From: Anolis carolinensis
Taxonomy: Eukaryota
DNA length: 64,000 nt
Assembly: GCF_035594765.1 (NCBI RefSeq)
Contig: NC_085844.1
Location: 72,927,923 to 72,991,922 of the forward strand
Direction: 5' to 3'
Shown here: positions 24,796 through 35,124 of the stretch, in pieces
Layout of the letters: each line of letters opens with the position of its first letter
Numbering within the stretch: position 1 is the first letter of the stretch
Notes under the pieces: model-generated
Databases searched by the model: none
What the model was told of the DNA's origin: nothing
What the model saw: the letters and a program-made list of their open reading frames with translations, nothing else
Program-made: the position numbers and the translations under genes

Positions 24796-26120
24796 GTTGT
24801 TATTTTTACAATATATTTTAAATGGTAACAGTTTGAATGTTTTCCCTTGTATCCTTTGTTCTGTATATTAACTGGCCCATTGCACTTTAAATTCAATTTG
24901 TGACAAAAAATCCTCTGGCAAATATTTTAAGCAGTTATACATTTGTGGTATTACTATGCAATTTTAGGAATTTGCTCATCATTACATCTCAGGAAGGATT
25001 CTCAGACCAGAAAATTTAGTGTGTACCATTCTGCATTTCCTTCATTGTGGGGTGAAATGCTAAATGTAGGTGCTTTATTTATTTGATATTTAAAAATGCA
25101 GCATTATCACTGTTTTTTTAATAGATATTGCCAACAGATTTTTATCTTTTCTTTTTCCTATCTCATGGTCTTCCAAATGCTGATGGATTGTAACTCCCAG
25201 CATTCCTTCACATTGACTATTCCATCTAGGTTGATGGGAGTGGAGGCTACCAGTGTCTGAAAGACCTCAAGTTGCTCTTCTCTTTTAAAAACACTTTTTA
25301 ATGCATATATTGCAGTCTAGTTCATTCATTGCTTTTCCTTCAAGGTATGTGGGAATGGGAGGAGCTGGTGAAGCTAAACACAAATACTAAATTGAAAGTT
25401 CCTCCTGGAATGTATACTTGGATAGAACATACGTTTTGGCATTCCTTTTTAATTTAGTTCTGGAAATTGGGTATCTCAGAAATATGTCAAATAAGCATTG
25501 TTAAGTTTTCAATTAAAGGTCTAATTAGCTGATAGGAATAGAAGAATATAATTACTAAAAAGTGTAGGACAGTTATAACATGAGTTTCTACATGAGTATC
25601 TACCATATCTACAACTATCAGAGGAGTCTAAGTAATATGCTTCTGGGAAGATCTTGCATGTTGCCACAGTCATATTGATTTGATATCAAATATTTGGGGA
25701 TTTCTAAGTTTGCTTGTGTCTGCTTAAAGTTTTCCTTGCCTTTCCTGAGGTTAATTTCTAATTTGTTTTTCTGATACACTCCATTTAATGCAGTCCGTGA
25801 TTGAAGGTGACTCGTCATTTTATATAATTGCACATGCTCTTCAACATACTCTTTTATGTCATAAAACCTCTGATTATCCTCTAGGTGTCTTAAATAAGCA
25901 CACTTAATTTGACATGAGCATTATGGTAGCTTCTGTGTTGCATTATGATTAACTTATCGTGATATATGTAATGCACATGTGAATCAGCCAAAAACTTTTA
26001 TATTGCTTTGTGAAACTTCAAATGAACATTCTAATGAAATCAGTTCACATACTCAGTCAATAACAGGAATGGTCCTCTAAGTATTATTGAATTCCAGTCT
26101 TCTTCATAGAGGGATTAGAG

Positions 26121-27030
26121 CAGTCATGTGCAAATCCTGGCCCGTGGGCTGGACACGGCCCTTTGGGCTCTTCACCAGGGTCCCTGTCTGCTTTGGCTTC
26201 CCTTTCAGTATGCAGGCGCAGTGGCCCTTTGCGTCCCCAAGCTGAGAGGAGGGCCGAGGCAGAGAAGCCTCTGTGAAGCACTCTCTGGAGAGTACTCAGC
26301 AGCTGCGTGCTTGTTTCCCTCCTCTGGAGGAAGGAAGGCTGCTGCCTTCCCGGGGCTCATAGAAGAGCCAGAAAGAGAAACACGCTGTTGCCAAGCGTGC
26401 TTGACAGTGGGGTGTTTGTCTCCCTTCTCTAGGCCCGGGGTAGGGTGGGCTGCTGCCTTCCCCCAGGCCAAGAGAAGAGCCATGGAGAGAAACACGCCAT
26501 TGTCAAGCATGCTTGACAGCGGCATGTTTCTCTCCCATCTCTAGGAAGGAGGAAGGTGGGTCTCTGCTTTCCTGGGGCCCAGAGAATTGCTGAGGAGAGA
26601 GACATGCCACTGCTGCTTGGCAGTGGCATGTTTGTCTACCTCTTCTGGGCCCAGGGAAGGCAGGCTACTGCCTTTCCGAGGGCCAGAAGAGACAGGCCCG
26701 CCCCTTCCAACTCCAGGCCCTCCGAGGCCCCAGCCCCGCCCTTCTGCCCTGGCTCTGCTCCTTCTAGCTCCGACCCTGTTCCTTCTGGCTCACCACCCCT
26801 GCCTCTTTTGACCCCACCCACCCACACTCCCTCCCGCCCCATCCCTTGCAGCCGAACCCACAAGGCAGCCCAGGGCAAAAAAAAAAAAAAATCACCAATG
26901 CCTGGGTTAGAGAATGGAGTACTGTTAGGTTGAAAATGGTTGAAAAATGATTGAAAAATTGTAGAAAATTGTAAATAAAACTGCATATGTTTGGCCACTG
27001 AAAAATGTAAATAAAACTGCATATCACTTT
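26121..27030. mobile_element. hAT-like element (left end only) with GC-rich palindromic tandem interior
   Basis: CAGTCATGTGCAAATCCTGGCCCGTGGGCTGGACACGGCCC is a Charlie-like left terminus. No right TIR was recognised. Confidence 0.55.
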
Positions 27031-28394
27031 TGGATGCATGGTAAAGAACATGCACACATACAGAATTGATTCTTCAGGAAGAATGGAGTCAAAGCATCCA
27101 TTACTAGTATTTTGTACAAGAAAAGTCTCATCTTATGGGGAAAGGATGTACATTTTTTTCTTGTATTGGGAATGGTAAATGGAGAAAATAAAAACACCAG
27201 GCAGAGAACGCAAAGCCCTTAGACAGGGTACTTTAGATGTCTGTGTAGCTAATGTTTACTGGTTGTAGTAGTAGTATATTTTATATTAGGAAAATGTTTC
27301 TCTACTTTTTTTGGCTTTGTATTTTGTCTCGTGGTTTGTATTTTTGCTTTTTATGTCTGTTTATAGGTTTTGTGTTAGTCTTTCTGAATAAAAATAATAT
27401 ATTATATTATATTATAATGTGTGTGTGTGTGTGTGTGTGTGTCTGTGTGTGTGTGTTATTCAAGAAGGAATTTACTCATGTACGTGTGTGCAAACAGTCC
27501 TAAGTGAGCCTTGTAGGCAAAAAGAACTGGTGAAAAAGAGTCTTTGTCAAATTAAGGACACTTGTCTGTAATTTGCAGGTATTGTCAGAAAAGTCTGAAA
27601 AGGTAGTGGAAGCTGACCATGTCTGATGAGATTTAGCTTAGAAGGGTAACATGTTTTTAAAATAAAGTAACTTAAATGCATGTTTAAATCAGTCCGCACA
27701 ATCTCCCCCCCCCAAGGGCAATGGATTTCTTGGATTTTAGCCATAGTATCTCTCTGTTAAGGTTTTTATTCAATTTTAAGATGCACTGCAAATGAATGTG
27801 AAAGAATGAGATGCACTTATAACGCAATCTAAGAGATTTATTATTGGTGTGTACATGATTGCATCTTGCATTTTGGATGGGGAAATCTTTTTGACTATCT
27901 CAAAAACATTCTAGTACCTACTAGAAAAAGCCCTGATCCTTTGAAATAACTTTTAACTCTTGGAAACTAAAATAAGTTGGTAATTAGTGTAGCGTGCTAT
28001 CATATAAGAGTGAAGGAAGATAAAAGATAGATTCTTTTTGCCAATGGCTTGTAATAGATCATGAATGACAGTGGTTGTCAGTCTTGATTCTTGAAGGAAT
28101 TTATTGGCTTTTATGTTTTTAACAATCACAGCATTTTTTGCATGAGTGGGCGATGTAGATGCCTTTTTGAAATACGAAACATGCCAAACAATCTTGTTTA
28201 GTTATCAGAATTGGAATGGGATGAAGATATAAACAGAATTAGAAATTACTATTTTAAGTAATTTTCCAATCCAATCTTCAGTATCCCTTGCTTAAGGGTA
28301 ACTATTTTTAGGTTAAAAGTTTTGAATAATATCACCATAGAATACAGATACTGTATACATTGAAATTATTTGCCTCATAGTATAGTTGCACAAG

Positions 28395-28583
28395 GAGCCC
28401 CCGGTGACGCAGCGGGTTAAACCGCTGAGTGGCTGAACTTGCTAACCGAAAGGTCCGTGGTTTGAATCCATCGAGTGAAGTGAGCTCCCACCGTTAGCCC
28501 TACTGTCTGCCAACCTAGCAGTTTAAAAACATGCAGATGCGAGTAGATCAATAGGTATTGCTCCGGTGGGAAGGTAATGGCGG
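28395..28583 (+). mobile_element. Sauria SINE, 5' half
   Basis: Matches the reverse complement of 49700-49890; ends abruptly at GGTAATGGCG. Confidence 0.88.
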
Positions 28584-28589
28584 AAGATA

Positions 28590-28937
28590 ATAGATGACAC
28601 CTCCTGTCAAACTCTTTTTGACAGTTGCCCTGCCCCCTGAAGTCCCACTGAACAGGAAGTCCAACCCCAGAAGGCCCTCCACACCCATTGGTTCACAGAG
28701 CCCCCCTCTCCCCCCCGTGCTCCTAGGAGAGAGCACATGGCCCCCAGGCCACACTTCCACTGTGCATGGGATGTCAGGTTTGTCTGGGGGAGGTATTAAA
28801 GTGGGACTTTGGTGGAGGGAGGGGTTTTCAACCAGGGAGGCGGGACTTCTGGGAGAGGGGGTAGGACTTCCTGTTAATGCAGTACTTCAGTGGATGGGGC
28901 AACTGTCAAAAAGAGTTTGACATGAGATGCCATTTAT
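28590..28937. mobile_element. Unclassified foldback MITE with ~40-75 bp TIRs
   Basis: ATAGATGACACCTCCTGTCAAACTCTTTTTGACAGTTGCCC / GGGCAACTGTCAAAAAGAGTTTGACATGAGATGCCATTTAT. Confidence 0.8.
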
Positions 28938-31325
28938 AACTACTTACCTGTTCAAGTGGAATCATTCTTGCAGCCTGCTTCCCCAGGCCGAGTAATACAA
29001 TCCATGGCATCGGATATCAACACTCATGCCTAAGGCTTTCAGCAAGACACTGCCTTTCTGAACTAAAATTGCTAAGCCACTCATAAGAAAATCCATGTCA
29101 TCTTAACCTCCAACTATGTGCTAACAATAGTAACTGCCTAAGCATAAGGCTTGCCTCTTTTTAAAAACTAAAGAGACTTTGGCTATTCAATCTAATTCAT
29201 TTAGGAATAGTTCTAGTGTAACTGTACAACAGCTATAAAAACTGTACAAAAACTCCGTGATTTTGAAATTGATTTTTTTAAGTGAGAAAATTTTTGTTAG
29301 GCACATTTTTATTTGAATAATGTCAAGGATCCTCTGCCCCACCCAACCCTTTATTTCTATCTGTAACATTTATTTAAACATTCGGTTCTTATCTGAGACA
29401 CCCATCCAAGAGAGCGATTAGGTCCATGCCAATTTAGCAGCCTTGAAGTCTTCCTGGTCCTTAATTGTGCTTCATTATTAGAATTTGCTTTTGATTTTGA
29501 CAAGTATAACAGATCTTTTTCACACTATATTCAGGGACAAATGGGTTTAAATATATTTTTTGTTACAAAAGAAAAATGAGAACTGGCAAATATGAGAATT
29601 CATTTTGATTGGCATCCTGCTATCTTAATGAGAATTGTAAGATTAATTATGTTTGGCAGTATGTGAGATAGCTGCATTTTTGGTCAGAGCTTCAGCTTGT
29701 TAACAGGCAACAGTTTTAAAGATAAAGCTAGTAACCCGAGAGCTGACTAAAAGGTTTATGTCAACATTAAAAGAGAAGTTGTAAAGACGTATAGTTAATC
29801 TATATAAAGACAGCACATCTGATTTTATGTTTGTCATTTAAGGAATGATTTATTGAGTTCTGAAGTTGCCTTTTGCCTCTCCTCTCAGTTTTGCAGATAG
29901 TGGGTTCCCAGGTATTGAATATACAATTTTGTTCATGTTTTTCAGTAAGATTTATACTTTTCCTTTTTTCCTCCTTTTCTACCAATGCTATATGAAAAAG
30001 TTTTCCTATTCAATGTAAGGAATGATTTTGATAGCTTTAGAATAGAGGGTAAAACCTCACTATTTATTTTAACGTGTAACAGAAAAATGAGATTCTATTC
30101 TCATTCCCATGTCATTTATTTTCTCTTAGATATCAAAATAACTTCCTTAAACATTTCTATGTAGACCACAAAATATTTGCAGTAATTTTAGGACATTTTC
30201 ATGATGTGACATTTAAATGAGGTGAATGGAGCACTTGTCTTGTTCGTAATCATGATAGTAGTTTCTCTGAGAATCAAATTGATACAAGAAGATCTCCTGT
30301 GATTTGACCTGGAATAGGGAGAGGCTTATTTTAGAACAGTCGTATATAGCTGCTACATTTTTCAAGAATTGGCATTATGGGAGATGGTGTAACCCTTTTC
30401 ACCAATTTGTTTACTAATTCATAATCTCCAAAAGCTGATAATTTTTCCACAGAGGTGCTGTATCTGCCTCCCCACAGCACAGGAGTAATAGTTGCTCCAG
30501 AGAATAATTTAGATCTTCAATCAGTGGGGTGGAAGGAATGGGTTAAGCACCCTGCCTTCACCTTGTAATTTCATCAAATTGGCCGCCACATGTGGATGCT
30601 GTGAAATAAAAAAAATTAGTAAAATTCAAGAAGGGCCAGATAGCAACACGCAATCATTCAGTTGCAACTCACACTAATCAAAACTAACATTTTTTACTCT
30701 GGTTTGTACAATTCCTGATTTCCCAGCACAAATCTTCCAGAATCTTTGCTAATCCAAAATTTCTTTAATCCCCAATTCAAAGATAGCATTAAATTAAGAT
30801 TTAAATGCTTAAATACTCATGAACACATGCTGCACAATGGTGCAGCTTAACAAAATTATTTGCTTTTTGCATGAATTGTAATACAAAAAGAGCTCAGCCA
30901 ACACATTTCCATGAACTGCAAAATATATGTCAAAGAGCTGAATGTGGCTTCTGAGCTGTGTTTTGGCTACCCGTATTTTGTAGGTATACTGCATTCACGC
31001 GCATTTCACACAGTCCTTTTATCTGTGATAATTCAGTTTAAATAACTGAATTGTTGGTGGATTCACCCAAAGATACAGGGCATCAAAATGCATAGAATTA
31101 ATTCAGTTTGACACCACTTTGACTACCATGGCTCAGTGATCCCTGAAACGTTACTAGTTCACAATTCTTTTTAAAAATCACATTAAAATTGAATGTCCAA
31201 AGTATCAAGAAAGATTGTTAAAGAATTGACCTTTAATCTAAATGAGACCTTAGTTCATTTTCTGGAACACTTCATTGCCATAATTTTCATTATTTCCAAA
31301 AATTCTATGTATTTTCCCCCAACAG

Positions 31326-31377
31326 AATCAACGAATCCCATCTGACATGGTGTTTTTAAGAACTTCAGAAAAAACAG
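31326..31377 (+). CDS. ATP9B: ATP9B coding exon (~exon 7, 52 nt, phase 0-1)
   Basis: ccccaacag| NQRIPSDMVFLRTSEKT(G) |gtatgt. Confidence 0.96.
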
Positions 31378-31826
31378 GTATGTTGTTACTTTCCAGTCTT
31401 GCTATATACATTATTTTGTGAATCGAAGGATGTGGTAGATACACTCAAAGAAAGAGTTTCTGTTATTGCTATTTTAGCTTGGATTCATCTTCTTTGTCTT
31501 GCTTGCTTTTGTCCCCCTTCCCTCCCAGTTTATTTTAAATTGAGGTATATTTATATATTTTTTTAAACTGTACAGCATTTTAATCAAGTTCAGAATATTC
31601 CACTCTTGCATAAGTCTTGTGTTTCTACATGCGGAGAAACTGTTCTCTTTTAAAACTACTATAGGCTAATTTCACCCCAAGGTATTCTCCTGATATTCTA
31701 CTGATATGTAACCTTTCTCACTGGCAACCTACACACTTTGGCCACTTGTAGTGGGGTAGGAATGCTATACCTGTGCTGCTGCCATCTTTCTGTGGGCCCT
31801 GTGTATGAGAAGGGGAGGAATTAGAA

Positions 31827-32576
31827 CAGTGGTTCCCAAACTTATTTGGCCTGCCGCCCCCTTTCCCGAAAAAAATATGACTCAGCGCCCCCTGGAAAGG
31901 AGGGTGTGGCTTAGAGGGGTGGGCGTGGCTCCTGCTCAAGAGGGCGGGGCTGAGCCTCTCCCCTAGTCCAAGATGCAGGACTGTGAGGGGGAGGGGGAGG
32001 TGGGTAGGGCCACAAATGGGCAGCCAGGACTGGGAGGGGTGGAGTTACGAGCTCTGAGGCAGGGCTGAGCTTCTATCCCTGTCCTGCGGCACCTGCCAGG
32101 ACACAGGGGGCGGGGCTAGAGGAGGGGGCGGGGCCTCTTCCCAAGTGCCTGATGGGGTTGAACCTTTATACTCCACCTCAGGGGAGGTATACAGAGGCTC
32201 AGCCCTGTCTCCCACCCTTTAGTCCTAAAAGGCCTCTCAGGAGAGGTATAGAGGCTCAGCCCTGTCTCGGGCTCTTGGAAGGAGACCCCACCTCATTCCT
32301 TAGCTCCGCCCTCTGTGTCCCAACGAGAGCCTCAGGAGAGGTATAGATTCTCAGCCCTGTCTCTGGCTCTTGGGAAGAAGCCACACCCACTCCTCTAGCT
32401 CCGCCCCCTGTGTGTCCTAACAGGCGCCTAGACAGGTGTCCTGTCTCCGGCACTTGGGAAGAGGCCCCGCCCCTCCTTTGGCCCCGCCCCCGTGTCCTAA
32501 TAGGTGCCATCACCCCCCCCCCCGGATCGCTCCAGCGCCCACCAGGGGGCAGTAGCGACCACTTTGGGAATCACTG
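31827..32576. mobile_element. hAT MITE, GC-rich, young
   Basis: TIRs CAGTGGTTCCCAAA / TTTGGGAATCACTG; perfect 8-bp TSD AATTAGAA. Confidence 0.93.
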
Positions 32577-34279
32577 AATTAGAACATCTGTTGTCCTCTT
32601 CTTGAGCAGTCCTCCTTTCACATCTTGTCTGCTGCTCTGGCCTGATGTGAAGCCTGCTGGATAGTTTTTGAGACAGGGACAAAGCCTGATAAAATGGGCT
32701 TCTCAGCAGGGTTAATAGTGTCGACAGTCACGATTGCAGTCAGCTGGGGATGTGTTACTTTGGACTCAGATGACAAATATTTGCATGAAAGTGCTCATAA
32801 ATTTTCAGTTACTGGTAAAGAAATTGTTTATATTATAAGGAAAGATAATTGTTTTGTAGCATAGTATGGGTACATCAGTAGGATACAGATTTCGTCATAC
32901 ATGAAATAGATCCCCTGAAATTATTGGAACATAAACTTGTAGTTACTAATGTGTCTTATTAATTTCAGAGTATGTAGTCTAAGTCTTACTCAGTCTGGAT
33001 CCAATTCTGTGTTGCTGAATATTACATTTTGTTTTATATATTTGTGTGTGCATGTGTATGCAAATATGTATCAGTGTTATTATTTGTATTGCTCATTTTA
33101 GCTGCACCATCTGAGTAAACTAGTATTCTATATTTATATTAGCAGTAATAGGATTTTTTCAGATCTTTTCAGTGCTAAAACAAGCAGACAGAATCTACGA
33201 GAATATAAAAGATATGTTGGGTACATCTGCAAATTATAATTAATTACAGATTACTGTTGGGTGTCTTTTATACAAAGATGTCTGGCACTGTGAACTTCCG
33301 AAATTAGACAGAAAATGTGGCATCACTTTGAAATTCAGCTGTTCAACTCAAGTGTCACCTTCTATCTACCTCTAAGCAGACTACTACAGAATAATAAGGC
33401 TGTAATAGTTGTAGCACGTGTTCTGGAAATTTCTATTATGTTTAGAAGCCATACATTCTAAAACCTACCTGTCTTGAAACAAAAAAAAAGTTTGGGAAAT
33501 GTATTGCTACAGAGAATGACAAATGACTAGAGTGAAGTTTTGCACATACGGCCAAATAAACTTTTATCTGCAGGGCATGAGTGACTGCCAACAATCTGTC
33601 CAAACTACTTTAATCTGTTCTTGTATCTCAGTTCCTATTCCAGTTTTAACATTTGATTTAACTCAGGCTAGCAACGTTTTGACACCTATCTCAAGCCACT
33701 GAATAATATTGCTTTTATGAGTTCCACCTACTGTTTTATACATGAACTCTGTTGGAACAATAACATGAAGTCTAAATATATTAATAATAGTATACTTAAT
33801 ATGCTAATATGCAGGTGCAGTGTAGTAACCAAGAAACTGAAATGCTGAGCAGAAGAATTTGGGTCAGATTTCGCCTCTCCTATTAATTAATGCACAATAT
33901 TTGAATAGGCAAATCACATTGCCTCATCCATCTAGCTGCTTTGTGGATATTGTATCAACCCATCTTTTAGGATTAGTTTAAAATATGCTACATCTTGAGA
34001 TGTTTGGGTGCATTTATTTTCCTTTCAGTAACAGTTCATGAGATGTTGCATTGAATCATCCCTGAACTTTCAGGGGGTTTTTTGTTTCGTTTTTGAGAAT
34101 GGAGGAATTTGCCACCATAAAAAAGGAAGTGAATTCTATTATGGAACTCCACATCTTGCACTTATATTCCATCCAGTATGAGAACATGTTTTTATAGAGT
34201 AAAGCATTATATGAAATATGTTGTTTTTATCATTGTGTGTGTTCAAATAATTTCTAACTTATGCAAATTTACAATGGGA

Positions 34280-34447
34280 CTTTCTTGGCAGATTTGTTCA
34301 GAGGGGGTTTGATCTTGCTGTCATCTAAGGATGAGAGGGTGTGACCTGCCCAAACACCAGTTGGGTTTCCATGACCGAACTGGGATTCAAATTCTAGTCC
34401 CCCAGTGTACTAGTCCAGCACTCAAACCACTGCACTGTGCTGACTCT
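34280..34447 (-). mobile_element. Anolis SINE2-like
   Basis: Same family as 7410 and 15535. Confidence 0.75.
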
Positions 34448-35124
34448 CTTGTTTAGTATTAGTACACAGTGAAAATAACTGTAATAATTATATTTGGAGA
34501 ATAGGGGAAGGGCTTCGGTTCTCCTTGACACCAGCTTTCTGGTGTGCAATCATTATACCAATTTTTGAAACACACTGTGTTGTTGTTATTGTTAAATTTA
34601 ATTATTGTCCTTTTCCCAGCCTGGGACTAAAGGGGGCCAACAGTTGTTTATACAAAAGATACAACTCTAATTAAACTATGCACATAATTGCATAATAGCT
34701 ATTAAACAGTAAACAACACATAACACACAGCACATTAAACAAGGTCTGTTCCCTTGACCAACAAGTCTTCATGTGCCTATGGAAGCTACTAAACCCCCTT
34801 CAGGAAATAAATTTCAGAGCCTGGGGGCAGTTACCAAGAAGTTTATTTCCAATGTTCCTGTCTAGATGTACCTTTGACGGTAAAAAGGTACATTGAATTG
34901 TGACCAGAAACAGATTAGCAAATGTTGTAACAAGGGGGTTGTGTGACCCCTATAGCCATTATAACATTGTTTTATGTTATGGGTATTGGAGGGGATTCAC
35001 GTTCACATCCACTCATACTCCTTGAGTAATAATATATATATTTTTCTTTTTTCAACCTTCTCTCCCAGTAATTAATGCTTAAAATGCTTCCTATATCCAA
35101 TTCAATGTTATCAAATGGGATGTA

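Noticed and set aside
26337-26692. CRISPR-like array
   Set aside because: Vertebrate intron; units are whole-length diverged repeats with no unique spacers and no cas genes.
26128-27055. Cluster of 100-140 aa ORFs on both strands
   Set aside because: Explained by GC-rich palindromic repeats; no protein motif.
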